Assembly (NCBI GenBank): GCA_964016885.1
Contig: OZ024740.1
Coordinates: 205,096,001-205,160,000 of the forward strand
Reading direction: 5' to 3'
Source: Eledone cirrhosa
Lineage: Eukaryota
DNA length: 64,000 nucleotides
Below the pieces are notes generated by a model. It saw nothing but the letters and a program-made list of their open reading frames with translations. It ran no database searches and was not told the DNA's origin. The translations under genes and the position numbers were made by a program. Positions 1 to 13,168 of this stretch are shown here, in pieces. Positions within the stretch are counted from its first letter, which is position 1. Each line of letters starts with the position of its first letter.

Positions 1-58
1 GGTTCCTCCAACATGCAGCAAGAGTGCAGGCTGGTTCCTCCGACATGTTGCTCCCAAC

Positions 59-350
59 GACACCACCTGCTGTGACACGTTCTCCACCTCCAACTTAGTC
101 GCTTCAGCCACAAACCCCGGTACTGCGGCCTGCAATGCAGAGGACAGGAAGACAAGCAAATACCGGGGATTGTCCAGTCACTTCCTCTTTGCATCGGTCG
201 CTATCGAGACCTCAGCTGTACTTAGACCCCAACTGCTGAAATGTCAGCAGCCCGTCTGAGAAAGGAGCCCTGTGTGGTGCGGTGGCTGTTGTAGCAAGCG
301 TTGCTGACCATTGTCCGCGGAAATGTTTTTGCAGTTTTGTCCATGGAGCG
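59..350 (+). mobile_element. Decayed C-terminal restriction-like endonuclease region of a CRE-like (RLE-type) non-LTR retrotransposon
   Basis: Frame from 59 reads DTTCCDTFSTSNLVASATNPGTAACNAEDRKTSKYRGLSSHFLFASVAIETSAVL, and after a disruption TIVRGNVFAVL. This matches the D.TC.DT...G.AA..AE..K..KY...F...A.ET...I.RGN pattern of CRE-type RLE domains. AATAAA and an A-run follow at ~565-628. Confidence 0.75.
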
Positions 351-1207
351 CAGCCCAAACACTGCCCAGAGCCATCACCCTCTCCCTTTCTTCTGTGGCC
401 AAAGTCCTTGCCTTTTCCTCTTGTTTATGGCATTTATAGTCCTTTCCTCTACTTTCCCATACAGCCAGATCTGTCCTTCCCTCTTTTCTCATTACTTAAT
501 TTTGCTTTTATCTTTCTTTTTCATATTTATATAATCATCAATGGTATTTAAGCCAACATTGCGAATAAAATAAAGCGTTCTATTTGTAAAAAAATATTAA
601 GAATTGAAACGTTAAAAAAAAAAAAAAATGAAATTTACAGTTTACAACCATGCAGATTTAGCTGGCCTCCTCATATGAGGTTGCATATCATAGGTTTGTC
701 GGGTATTTTTATGATAAAGGGCTCCAGTTCTATTATTTAATGCAATTAAAATTGTCTTGCTCAAGAAGAAAAACTCTTTCATGACAACCTTTCTAGTGTT
801 GATGCCATGATAAAATGTTCTTAGTACACTCAGTAAAATGGTTGATGATAGGAAGGGCATCCAGCTGTAGAAAACTTGCCAAACAAAGGGTCAGGAGGAC
901 TCTACAAAGACATCAGAGCTAGTGTCTTGACAAAATGCATCCAGTGCACTCTGTTGAGCACAGGCATATATGTAAGTGGGATGCAGCTCCTCTTGCCCAT
1001 CTGAGAGGTCTGTAGCTTCAATTAAATACTGATTTGGTCTGTGATGATCTGTTCAACTCTTGCTATCAACAATGTCTGGATGCAGCTAATCCCCAAAACT
1101 CTAACAACAGTAAAATGCATCCACTGCTCCTATCCTAATATTAAGGTAGCTGTTGTGACATAATCATAGCAAGACTAGATGTATGTTCATTATATGTAAA
1201 CATATTA

Positions 1208-1392
1208 GGGTGATGAATCGGTAGAATGTTGGACAACATGCTTTAGAGCATAAAGTTATGGCCCTTCGTGTTCTGAGTTCAAATCCCGCCGAGGTTAGCT
1301 TTTCCTTTCGTCCTTATGGATGTACTAGGGTCGATTTAATCGACTTTCTCCTCCCCCAAATTGCTGGCCTTGTGCCTATAGTAGAAATTATT
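1208..1392 (+). mobile_element. Degenerate tRNA-derived SINE with Meta-like central domain
   Basis: B-box-like gagttcaaatcccgccgagg, then ctttcgtcc...gggtcgat and the tail ttgctggccttgtgcctatagtagaaattatt; same family as 18768 and 24238. Confidence 0.75.
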
Positions 1393-1609
1393 ATATGTAA
1401 ACATATATGGTTTCATATACAATATGAATCACACTGCTATAACTGAGACAGTATTGTACAAAGATATTCAACACAAGAAAGCTCAAATTATTTGATGCTG
1501 AAACATGTCAACATATCATATCATATATTAACTTGCTTATCAATGATCTACATTCAAACATATCCTTATACATTCTATCTGACAAAACTATTCATAAGAG
1601 TTTATTTAG

Positions 1610-1735
1610 TGAAGCCATGTGGCCTAATGATTAGAGTGTGTAATGGGAATTTGATTTCCAGACTTGGCTGCATATTGTCTTTGAACAAGATAATTTATTT
1701 CACCTTACTCCAGTTTACTTAGCTGAAAAAAAAAA
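1610..1735 (+). mobile_element. Degenerate tRNA/CORE-like SINE fragment
   Basis: tggcctaatgattagag...tctttgaacaagataattttatttcaccttactccagtttacttagctg resembles the SINE head at 12921 and 53335. Confidence 0.6.
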
Positions 1736-1760
1736 AGTACCAGTTGCAGCTAGAGGTTAA

Positions 1761-1984
1761 CCCTTTAGTGTTTACATTACTTTATATTTACTATTATATT
1801 TTCAAGGTAAAGTCTTTACCTTACATAATGATAATCTCACATAATATTGAATCTATGAGATTTTCATATTATTTATTTTGAGAACAATACCTTAACATCC
1901 GTATAAATGGCTGGTTACAGCTGATTTGAACAGAAAGGGGTGAGAGAATTCTGGCTGGACATGGTCGGTTTAAATGCTAAAGGG
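1761..1984. mobile_element. piggyBac-type MITE (224 bp)
   Basis: TIRs ccctttagtgttta / taaatgctaaaggg, flanked by TTAA on both sides (1757-1760, 1985-1988). Confidence 0.8.
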
Positions 1985-2175
1985 TTAACCCTATGATGGA
2001 ATGACATTCTGTCAGATGAATGTGTGTGAAAAATCTTGAACACTAAGTTGTTTTGAAACTGAGATAAGCCCTGGCCTGATGAGCCTCTAGGCTTGGCATA
2101 AACTTTAACTTTAACTGTAAAATATTATTTGTTTGATAAATACCAAGAATTAACAAAAAATATTCAAATACTTAC

Positions 2176-2282
2176 AGATATCACACTTCACTCCCTCCTT
2201 TTGTGTAATTCGGTTTATTTTCACCAAAGGTGTGTTGCCAATGTTCTGTAGAATATTATCCATAATTTGGGGAGGTGAACCA
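2176..2282 (-). CDS. CBS: Internal coding exon of cystathionine beta-synthase
   Basis: Reverse complement is tttgcag|tggttca...gatatct|gtaagt, a 107-bp exon encoding GSPPQIMDNILQNIGNTPLVKINRITQKEGVKCDI. It aligns with human CBS [33 protein letters not shown], has canonical splice sites and a phase-1 donor. Not in the ORF track. Confidence 0.9.
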
Positions 2283-2711
2283 CTGCAAATAATGAGATTC
2301 ATAAAAGTATATAAACACAATACGTTTTTTCAGCAATTATAGATGGTCACCGTTGCATAGTGTTGGTGAAGAAAGATTGATGTGTCAGTGTGTGTGACCT
2401 TTGCAAGTAAGTGAGTAACAGTGTTCATTATAATGATAAGTGATTCGGTAAGTGATTTATATATATAAAAAGATATTGATTAAGGTAATACATGTGCAAA
2501 AGATACAAGCAAAAAAAGATATAAGATAAGATAGATAAAAGATATCATAGCATTGAAAAGCAGGTAATGTTAAGGGTATCTAATGCAAAAGTTAATAAAA
2601 TTAATAAAGGCATGCATGAGGTAAGAGTTATATAATAAATGAAACAAGCATATTTCATATAGAATGTAAAAGCATGTTAAAAGTGTTATCTTATATCTTT
2701 TGCACATGTAT

Positions 2712-3088
2712 TCATCATCATCATCACCGTTTTACGTCTGTTCTTCCATGCTAGCATGGGTTAGACGGGTTGTCCTATTGTGGGCAGTGTCCAGTCGGCT
2801 GACCTGGTTGTGCTCATACGGGAACAGATTCTGGCTTGATTTCTACAGCTGGATGCCCTTCCTAAGACCAACCTCATTTACAGTGAGTGCTGGGTGCTTT
2901 TTATACTGTGGCACCTACACGTCCACTTTACAGTGGAATGATTGGGACCCCAGTCCTATCATCTCATTTCTACAGCTGAGTAAACTGGAGCAATGTGAAA
3001 TAAAGTGTCTTGCTCAAGGAAACAACAGTCCGAGAATTGAACTCACAACCTTTCGATTGGAAGCCCAATGCTCTAACCACTAAGCCAT
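2712..3088 (-). mobile_element. tRNA/CORE-like SINE with a complete RTE-B-type 3' tail
   Basis: A-box tggcttagtgg, B-box gagttcaattc, ccttgagcaagacactt; tail matches the RTE-B 3' UTR through (gat)n. Confidence 0.85.
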
Positions 3089-3274
3089 TAATCAATATAT
3101 TTTTATATTTAATATGCTTAATATTTAACTTTTAATCATCGCTCTTTATACTGTGTTTGCTGTAGCATAACATCCTTTTGTTACTCCTGCTTTTCTATAT
3201 GATGTCAATGACACTATCAATAGTTATGTATCTATATACATTTTCTGAATACTAGGATATTAATTACCTGTTTA

Positions 3275-3745
3275 AACATATATATACATACTACTGTACG
3301 TCTGTATACATATATGTATGTACGTATACATACTTACATTTAAGTAACAGCCGTACTAAGAGTGGGAAATTTCATTTCATTTCATTTTCTCCATTTATCG
3401 TTATCGGTGCACCCGGCCGATTAACCCACTCGATATGCAAATTAGGCTGGTCAGCCGTTAATATGCATAAGGAAAGTACATACTTTCACACAATCAATCA
3501 TCTGGCAGGAAGGTATACGTTGCTGATGATAGCTAATAAGCTTGAAAGTAGTACAGCGTTCCTTTGTCAGTGTTGAACAAACGAGCAATGATGGTTGCTG
3601 GACACTACGGCTTAATACGGGATGTTTGTTTACAAACACACCGAGCATTATAATAAATGTTCGGTGAATCCATACGTACATATATATATGTGTGCATGTA
3701 TGTATATATATATACATACTACTGTACGTCTGTATACATATATAT
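3275..3745 (+). mobile_element. Non-coding hammerhead-bearing element, family HH1 (partial tandem repeat)
   Basis: catactactgtacgtctgtatacata occurs at ~3287 and ~3715; homologous copy at ~59000-59385. Confidence 0.7.
3517..3559 (+). ncRNA. Minimal type I hammerhead ribozyme motif (HH1)
   Basis: acgttg CUGAUGA t-agct-aata-agct-t GAAA gtag UA cagcgt; stem III is mutated relative to ctag in the 59080 copy. Confidence 0.7.
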
Positions 3746-3963
3746 ATATATATTATATATATATATAATATATATATACATATATATTATATATATATAA
3801 TATATATATACATATATATAATATATATATACATATATATAATATATATATACATATATATTATATATATATAATATATATATACATATATATTATATAT
3901 ATATATATAATATATATATAATATAAATATACATATATATTATATATATATATATAATATAAA

Positions 3964-4306
3964 TCATCATTTCATCATTTCATTTTACGTCCACTTTTCC
4001 CTGCTTGCAAGGGTGGGACGGGAACTGATTCTGGCTTGATTTCTACAGCTGGATGCCCTTCCTAACACCAACCTCATTTACAGTGAGGGCTGGGTGCTTT
4101 TTTGCCGTGGCACCTCCACGACCACTTTGCAGTGGAATGATATGGACCCTAGTCCCTATCATCTCATTTCTACAGCTGAGTAAACTGGAGCAATGTGAAA
4201 TAAAGTGTCTTGCTAAAGGAAACAACACATCACCCAGTCTGAGAATTGAACTCACAACCTTTCGATTGCAAGGCCAATGCTCTAACCACTAAGCCATGTG
4301 CCTCCC
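3964..4306 (-). mobile_element. tRNA/CORE-like SINE with chimeric RTE-B/RTE-C tail
   Basis: Near-identical reverse complement of 53335-53668. Confidence 0.88.
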
Positions 4307-4825
4307 ATATACATATATATTATATATATATATATATAATATATATATATATATACACATATATTATATATATGTAATATAAATATACATATATATTATA
4401 TATATATATATATAATATATATATACATATATATTATATATATGTAATATAAATATACATATATATTATATATATATATATATAATATATATATACATAT
4501 ATATTATATATATATATATATATATAATATATATATACATATATATTATATATATATATATATATAATATATATATACATATATATTATATATATATATA
4601 TATAATATATATATACATATATATTATATATATATATATATATAATATATATATACATATATATTATATATATATATATAATATATATATACATATATAT
4701 TATATATATATATATAATATATATATACATATATATTATATATATATATATATTATATATACATATATATTATATATATATATATATTATATATATAATA
4801 TATATATATATACATATATATAATA
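4307..4825. repeat. (TA)n-derived higher-order array (one of many in the window)
   Basis: Recurring ~36-40 bp unit containing taatatatatatacatatatattat. Confidence 0.9.
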
Positions 4826-5545
4826 TAATAATAATAATAATAGTAATGAAATTATTGTGTACAGTGCTCAGGTGCACTACAACTCATCAAAGGTGCATGT
4901 ATAGTACATAGAATAATGTACAAATGTCAGGAAAATAAACAGTGTATGAGGCATGATATAATAACAATAACAATAATGAAATATTGTGTACAGTGCCCAG
5001 GTGCACCACAACTCATCAAAAAAGTGCATGTACAGTACATAGGGCAATGCACAAACATCAGTAAAATGAACAGTGCACGAGTCATGATACACACATGTGT
5101 GCATGTGTATGGAAGGGGTACATCAGGTGTAGTTTTGGCGTATTTTGGGAAGCATGAGTGTCTTAAAGGATGCAGTGTCTCGGCAGCTAACAATTGACGC
5201 AGGCAGTTTGTTCCATGCTTCAGCAACTCTGAGCGTGAAAAAATGTCTGCGAAAGTCATGGGAGCTGTGCTGTTTTCTTATCTTGTAGGCATGTCCACGT
5301 GTGTTAGACACATGGAGATCAAAGAGGCGCTCAGGGTTGCAGTTGGCGAGATGGTTAAAAACTTTGTGGGTATTCACCAAGTCCATTGCCAGACGTCGGA
5401 GCTTCAATGAATCCATACCCAGGGAAGCAAGGCGTTCAGAGTATGGTAGGTGTCTGATGGAGGGTATGCGCTTGGTTGCACGTCTCTGAACAGTTTCCAG
5501 GAGGTCAATGTTCCGAGCAAGATAGGGGTTCCAGACTGATGATGA
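4826..5545 (-). mobile_element. 5'-truncated CR1-type LINE with duplicated 3' end
   Basis: SSVWNPYL...LETVQRRATKRIP...TRGHAYK...FFTLRVAEAWNKLP; same family as 60250-63780; (taa)n tail. Confidence 0.9.
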
Positions 5546-5721
5546 TGTATATATACATATATTATATATATATACATATGTTATATACATATATATATAC
5601 ATATATATTATATATATATATATATATTATATATATATATATTATATATATAATATATATATACATATATATTATATATATATATATATTGTATATATAA
5701 TATATATATACATATATATTA

Positions 5722-6111
5722 TCATCATCATCATCATCAACGTTTAACGTCCGTGTTCCACGCTTGCATGGGTTTGGACGGGGGTAGTCCCACTTGAGGC
5801 AAGAGTGATTGTCTTGCTCGCATAGGACTGTCTGGCAGGTTTTCTACAGTTGGATGCCCTTCCTAACACCAACCACATTTACAGTGTGGGTCTGGGAGGT
5901 TTTTACCGTGTTGCCTACACGGCCACATTACAGCGTGGACTGTGTGTTTTTTTTGTCGTGACACCTACACGATCTCATTTGTTTCGGCCTGGATGGCGCG
6001 GCACCTACATAACTTTACATAGAACGGGGTGGTGTGGCTGGGATGAGGGTGGTGGTGGTGGGACGGGGTGTATTTTGTTAGAGATGCCTACTGGCTGGAG
6101 TAGGTTTTACT
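5722..6111 (-). mobile_element. RTE-A 3' UTR fragment
   Basis: Near-identical to 6363-6760; (gat)n tail. Confidence 0.9.
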
Positions 6112-6362
6112 ATATATATATATATATATTATTGCATATAATATATATATATATATATATATTATTATATATAATATATATATACATATATATTATATAT
6201 ATATATATTATATATAATATATATATATAATATATATGTATATATATATTATATATAATATATATATACATATATATTATATATATATATTATATAATAT
6301 ATATGTATATATATATTATATATAATATATATATACATATATATTATATATATATATTATAT

Positions 6363-9138
6363 AATCATCATCATCATCATCATCAACGTTTAACGTCCGT
6401 GTTCCACGCTTGCATGGGTTTGGACGGGGGTAGTCCCACTTGAGGCAAGAGTGATTGTCTTGCTCGCATAGGACTGTCTGGCAGGTTTTCTACAGTTGGA
6501 TGCCCTTCCTAACACCAACCACATTTACAGTGTGGGTCTGGGAGGTTTTTACCGTGTTGCCTACACGGCCACATTACAGCGTGGACTGTGTGTTTTTTTG
6601 TCGTGACACCTACACGATCTCATTTGTTTCGGCCTCGAAGGCGCGGCACCAACATAACTTTACATAGAACGGGGTGGTGTGGATCGGGTGGGGGTGGGGG
6701 TGGTGGGACGGGGTGTATTTTGTTAGAGATGCCTACTGGCTGGAGTAGGTTTTACTATATATTTAGGTAAGGCGGGTCTTCTCTGTTACTGAGTACCGCC
6801 AAAGGTCTCGGTCCAGTGACATTGTCTTGGAGAGGTGTAAGTGTGTGATGTCGGAGTTTATCAGCTCGTCCCAGGTTTTTCTAGGTCTGCCTATTCCGTG
6901 ACTACCGTCTATCTTTATTGCCCTGCACTTTGTTATACAGCTATCGACTTTCATGCGCATCACGTGTCCATACCAACGTAGCCTTCTCTCGAGTAAACAA
7001 CATCTGATCCCTCTTATCTCTAATTTTTTCCTTAGTTCGTTTATGCTTTGCCGTTCACGTATATTACTGTTACACATCCAGCGGAGCATGCAAGCTTCGT
7101 TCCTCTCTAGTCTGCGTATATCCTCTGCACACAATGCCCAGGTCTCACTGCCATGCAGCATTGCTGTTCGTATGCAGGCATCGTACAACCTGCCTTTCAT
7201 TTTTAGTGAGAACCCTTTAGCAGCTAATAGTGGTATAAGCTCTCTGAACTTTTTCCAACCAGTTCTGACTCTAGCTACAGTACTTTCAGAGCACCCTCCC
7301 CCACTGCTGATTTTATCGCCCAGGTAACGGAAGCTGTCCACTATTTCTATAGAACCCTCTGCGCAATTGAAAGAGCTAGTAGTTTGTGGGCACTTGCTGC
7401 TACTTATTGCACCAGAGCACCGGCCACATGTAAAATCTATGTTCTTAGTTAGCTTACCTGTGATCCCACTACATCTTTTATGCACCCATACTTTGCATTT
7501 AGGACATAAAATGGAGTTTCTACCTACGCCTTTCCTACACACCGAGCACGACCATTTCCCAGAAGGGACCGCCGCCTTGTTTTCTTTCCTACAAACTAGC
7601 ACTTTGGTCTTAGCCAGGTTAATTTTAAGTCCTTTTGACTCTAGGCCGTGCTTCCATGTTTGGAATTTCTTCTCTAGCTCGGCCATTGATTCCGCTATGA
7701 GTGTCAGGTCGTCTGCGTATAGGAGTTCCCATGGGCAGCCTGTCTTGAACTCCTCTGTTATAGCCTGAAGGGCAATAATAAATAGTAGTGGACTGAGAAC
7801 AGAGCCCTGATGGACGCCAACTTTTACGCTAAACTCTTCACTATATTCGTTGTTAATTCTAACCTTGCTGACTGTTTCTTTATACATGGCTTGTATAGCC
7901 CTCACAAGCCATTCGTCAACGCCTAGTTTTCTAAGAGCCCACCAGATAATGGAGCGGGGGACTCTGTCGAAGGCTTTCTCCAAGTCGACAAAAGCTAAGT
8001 AGAGGGGTTTACCTTTAGCTAGGTACTTCTCCTGTAGTTGTCGTACTATGAAAAGAGCGTCTGTGGTACTTTTGCCTGACACAAACCCGAACTGCATTTC
8101 ATCTAGGTCAATTCTCTCTCTGATTAGTTGCGCTATTACTCTTTCCGTGACCTTCATGACCTGGTCGATTAATTTAATGCCTCTATAGTTACTCCTATCT
8201 AGGGCGTCTCCTTTACCCTTATAACAGTTAACGATGATGCTGCTATGCCAGTCCTTCGGAACAACCCCATTCTGTACGACTTGGTTAACTATGCGGGTGA
8301 CCATGGTGTGTCCCACCGTGCCAGATGCCTTCAGCATCTCAGCAACTATTTCCGAAGGCCCAGCCGCCTTACCAGTCTTCATATCCTTGATTGCCTTACT
8401 TATTATACTCCCCTCGACTAACACTGCTGGTCCCTCTATTGGGTCGATATGGGGGAGACTGCCTTTCTCCCAATTATTCTCCTCATTTAGAAGCCTTTCA
8501 TAGTGACACTTCCAAGCTACCTTCTTATCAGCGTCGGTGATGGCAAGTGTGCCATCGTCGTTTAGTACACACTTCTCCCCGACAATATCACGGTTTTCCT
8601 TGACGCATTGCCTAGCAATCCTGAACACCTCACGTTTTTGGTCATCGCGTTGTAGAACATGCTTGAACTTTCTTTCCTCAGCTTCCCTTCTTGCTAAGTA
8701 CACTTGTCTCCTAGCTTCCCTCCTGGCCACTTGATAGTCCTCTCTACTTCCCCCATCCCGCCATACTTTCCAAGCCTGCTTTTTGGCCTTAATTGACCCC
8801 TCCACCTTACTGTTCCACCACCATGTTACTCTCCTCCTGCCTACAGGCCTGCTCCAGCCACAGACTTCGTCTGTCGCCAACAGCAGGTTTGCTTTCAGAA
8901 ATTCCCACTCTCCCTCTATATTGTCCGACTCTAAATGTTCTTCCTTACTGTCGAAAGCATCAAGTAATATGCTTTGAAATTTATTCCTGGCTGTGGGGTC
9001 CTTTAGCTTCCATATTTTCCTCCTGAGGATAGTCCTCTTCTGTTGTCGAGTACGTCTCGTCCTGACTATGAGGTCGCTAATTATCAGTCTATGTTGGGAG
9101 GTGCATTCTTCATGGGGGAGGGATTTAGTGTTAACAAC
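6363..9138 (-). mobile_element. RTE-clade LINE family A, 5'-truncated
   Basis: Contains ORF 6763-8880, 3' UTR and (gat)n tail; both ends abut (TA)n. Confidence 0.95.
6763..8880 (-). CDS. RTE-A reverse transcriptase (partial ORF) with PHD-like finger
   Basis: NYRGIKL, QFGF, FVDLEKAFDRV, GVHQGSVLSPLLF, YADD, FRYLG, RRLRWYGHV, GRPRKTW. Confidence 0.9.
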   Translation of the reverse strand: MATDEVCGWSRPVGRRRVTWWWNSKVEGSIKAKKQAWKVWRDGGSREDYQVARREARRQVYLARREAEERKFKHVLQRDDQKREVFRIARQCVKENRDIVGEKCVLNDDGTLAITDADKKVAWKCHYERLLNEENNWEKGSLPHIDPIEGPAVLVEGSIISKAIKDMKTGKAAGPSEIVAEMLKASGTVGHTMVTRIVNQVVQNGVVPKDWHSSIIVNCYKGKGDALDRSNYRGIKLIDQVMKVTERVIAQLIRERIDLDEMQFGFVSGKSTTDALFIVRQLQEKYLAKGKPLYLAFVDLEKAFDRVPRSIIWWALRKLGVDEWLVRAIQAMYKETVSKVRINNEYSEEFSVKVGVHQGSVLSPLLFIIALQAITEEFKTGCPWELLYADDLTLIAESMAELEKKFQTWKHGLESKGLKINLAKTKVLVCRKENKAAVPSGKWSCSVCRKGVGRNSILCPKCKVWVHKRCSGITGKLTKNIDFTCGRCSGAISSSKCPQTTSSFNCAEGSIEIVDSFRYLGDKISSGGGCSESTVARVRTGWKKFRELIPLLAAKGFSLKMKGRLYDACIRTAMLHGSETWALCAEDIRRLERNEACMLRWMCNSNIRERQSINELRKKLEIRGIRCCLLERRLRWYGHVMRMKVDSCITKCRAIKIDGSHGIGRPRKTWDELINSDITHLHLSKTMSLDRDLWRYSVTEKTRLT

Positions 9139-9491
9139 ATATATATTATATAATATATATACATATATATTATATATATAATATATATATTATATATATA
9201 TATAATATATATATATATATTATATATATATATATATTATATATTATATATATATATATTATATATTATATATATATACATATATATTATATATATATGT
9301 ATATTATATATATATATATATTATATATTATATATATATACATATATATTATATATATATGTATATTATATATATATATAATATATATATTATATATATA
9401 TGTATATTATATATATATATATTATATATTATATATATATACATATATTATATATATATACATATATATTATATATATATGTATATTATAT

Positions 9492-9535
<44 letters not shown>

Positions 9536-9587
9536 ATAATATATATATATATTATATATATATACATATATATTATATATATACATA

Positions 9588-11458
9588 TCATCATCATCAT
9601 CACCGTTTTACGTCCGTTCTTCCACGCTAGCATGGGTTAGACGGGTTGTCCTGTTGTGGGCAGTGTCTGGTCGGCTGACCATGCCTTGCTCATACAGGAA
9701 CTGATTTGGCTTGATTTCTACAGCTGGATGCCCTTCCTAACACCAACCTCATTTACAGTGAGTGCTGGGTGCTTTTTCGTGGCGCCTACACGTCCACTTT
9801 ACAGTGTGGGCTGGGTGCTTTTTTGCCGTGGCACCTCCACGACCACCTTGTGGTGGGGGGTGTGGAGGCATATTGTCTATATGCTTCAGCTTGTACCCAT
9901 GGGAGGTCGGGTACTCTGTATTATTGCGTGACGCCAGAAGTCACGGTCGTGTGTCATTGTCATTGAGAGGTGTAATTGGGTAAGGTCGGCTTTTATCACC
10001 TCATCCCAGGTCATCTTGGGTCTCCCCACTCCGCGGTTTCCATCAACTTCTAGTGCTCTGCACCTTTTTATGCAGCTGTCATCCTTCTTACGCATCACAT
10101 GTCCATATCAGAGCAACCGCCTCTCCTGCACACATCATTTGATTCCTCTTATGCTCAGTCTCTCTCTCAATTCATTTATGCTTTGTCGTTCATGTATATT
10201 ACTGTTACACATCCATCGGAACATGCAGGCTTCGTTTCTCTCTAATCTACGTAAGTCTTCCACCTTCAGCGCCCAGGTCTTACTACCATGACACATCGCT
10301 GTTCGGATACACGCATCATACAGTCTGCCTTTCATTCTGAGGGAGAAGCCTTTTGCAGCGAGCAGTGGTAGTAGTTCCCTAAACTTCTTCCATCCCGTTC
10401 TTACCCTAGTTATTGTATTTTCTGAACACCCACCTCCGCTGCTAATTCGGTCACCTAGGTAGCAGAAGCTGTCTACTGTTTCTACAGGGCCCTCCCAGAG
10501 ATTGGTGGTATTTGTTTCCTGTGGCTGTTTGCTGCTTGCTGTCTCAGCACAACTGCTACATGTGAATCCTACATTCTTAATTAAGCTTCCTGAGATCCCG
10601 CTACATCTCTTGTGTACCCATTGTTTGCATTTGGGGCAGAGAATGGAGTTCCTACCTACACCTTTCCTACATACTGAGCAAGGCCATTTCTCGACCTTAG
10701 TCGTTGTCATGTTGACTTTGAGACCCTTTCTTTCTAGTCCCTGCTTCCAAGTTTGGAATTTCTTCTCTAGTTCTACCATAGATTCAGCTATGAATGCGAG
10801 GTCATCAGCATACAGGGGTTCCCATGGGCATCCGGTCTTAAACTCCTCCGTTATTGCCTGCAGGACTATGATGAACAGGAGAGGGCTAAGAACAGAGCCC
10901 TGGTGGACCCCAACCTGTACGCTAAATTCCTCGCTATACTCATTGCTAATCCTAACTTTGCTGACTGCTCCCCTATACATGGCTTGTACCGCTTTCACAA
11001 GCCATTCATCTACTCCTAGTTTTCTAAGAGCCCACCAGATTACAGTACGTGGAACTCTGTCAAAGGCTTTCTCAAGGTCGACAAATGCCAAGTAGAGTGG
11101 CTTACTTTTAGCTAGGTACTTTTCCTGTAATTGCCTCACAAGGAAGAGGGCATCAGTGGTGCCTCTTCCTGGTACAAACCCAAATTGCATCTCGTCTATT
11201 TTCACCCGGTCCCTAATCAGCTGTGCTAAAACTCTTTCTGTTACTTTCATGACCTGGTCCATCAACTTTATACCTCTATAGTTTCCTTTATCTAGTGCAT
11301 CGCCTTTACCTTTGTAGCAGTTGACAATGATGCTACTGCACCAATCTTTTGGTATGTCACCTTCTAGTATTACCTGGTTAACGATATGTGTGGTTATAGT
11401 TTGACCTACAGACCAAGATGCCTTCAGCATCTCGGCAGCTATACCCGATGGACCGGTT
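9588..11458 (-). mobile_element. RTE-clade LINE family B, 5'-truncated and disrupted
   Basis: ORFs 10135-11430 and 9886-10098 match the 1039-aa ORF at 45532; premature stop and small deletion. Confidence 0.93.
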
Positions 11459-11878
11459 ATATATATATGTATATTATATATATCTATAATATATTATATA
11501 TATATGTATTTTATATATATATATAATATATTATATATATATGTATATTATATATATCTATAATATATATATATGTATATTATATATATCTATAATATAT
11601 ATATATATATGTATATTATATATATATATAATATATTATATATATATATGTATATTATATATATCTATAATATATTATATATATATTATATATATCTATA
11701 ATATATATATATATATATTATATATATATACATATATATTATATATATATATATTATATATATATATATTATATATATATATACATATATATTATATATA
11801 TATATGTATATTATATATATATATACATATATATTATATATATATATATGTATATTATATATATATATATATTATATA

Positions 11879-12537
11879 TATGATAATAAGGGCGCTGCGG
11901 AGTTGCAAATGGATTACATATGAAGTAACCCATTTGCAACTCCGCAGCGCCCTTATTATCATATTTACACATATTTTTTCCTCTGCTGCTACCCGTCTGT
12001 TTCGTTCTATGTATCTTTACCCTTTCTAGCAGTCTCTCTCTGTTAGCCTCTTCCTCACCCTTCACTCACTCATTCTCTGTCACTACCTTTCCTCCTCCTC
12101 TTTCTTCCCGTTCGACCTGTGTGTAATTCTTTTCTCTCGCACGCTGGCCAAGCTGGTATGAATTTTTTCTCTCTCTCGTCTACGATTTCACAGAACTTAT
12201 GTTTACCGAATTCGCAGACCAGACCCCTTCTTCTTCCTCCCGTTAGACCTGTGCGAAATTCCTTCCTTGCTCACATTTCAACCAGGTTTGATGGTCTTTA
12301 TTCTCTCGTTCACGATTTCACCGAATTTAAATTCATAGAAATCTGGGACTTGTCTCTTTCTTCCTCACTTTCTGTTGCTTCACCATTTTGTTTGTTTACA
12401 CTCGCGTCCCCTTTATTTACGTGTCCCAACGTCTTTTTTTAGCCGTTGTTCGCACCAACCGGAGGTATATGGTCTTTAAAGCGATGAAATGCCTATGATG
12501 GTTGGAAGATCACTGATGAAGGACAAACTTTTTTCAT
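11879..12537 (+). mobile_element. Non-coding element with terminal fold-back, probably Penelope-like-derived
   Basis: Near-perfect hairpin at 11879-11963; ends shortly after a ctgatga (~12513); flanked by (TA)n. Confidence 0.5.
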
Positions 12538-12571
12538 ATATATATTATATATATATATTATATATATATAT

Positions 12572-12791
<220 letters not shown>

Positions 12792-12830
12792 ATATATATA
12801 TATATATATTATATATATAATATATATATA

Positions 12831-12870
<40 letters not shown>

Positions 12871-12874
12871 TATA

Positions 12875-12912
<38 letters not shown>

Positions 12913-12920
12913 TATATATA

Positions 12921-13168
12921 TGGAGGTACATGGCTTAGTGGTTAGAGCATTGGCCTTGCAATCGAAAGGTTGTGAGTTCAATTCTCAGACCGGGTGATGT
13001 GTTGTTTCCTTGAGCAAGGCACTTTATTTCACATTGCTCCAGTTTACTCAGCTGTAGAAATGAGATGATAGGGACTAGGGTCTCTATCATTCCACTGCAA
13101 AGTGGTCGTGCAGGTGCCACGGCAAAAAAGCACCCAGCACTCACTGTAAATGAGGTTGGTGTTAGGAA
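12921..13168 (+). mobile_element. tRNA/CORE-like SINE, 3'-truncated
   Basis: Same head as 53335; fused directly to an oppositely oriented RTE-B fragment. Confidence 0.88.

Noticed and set aside
2055-2100. gaaac...ctgatgag, resembling a type II hammerhead
   Set aside because: Stem III and the cleavage triplet do not form; looks like a decayed SINE/LINE 3' tail ending in (aacttt)n
12921-12995. tRNA-like sequence (also at 53335 and the minus-strand heads near 4306 and 3088)
   Set aside because: Continues into CORE-like and LINE-derived tail; a SINE head, not a tRNA gene
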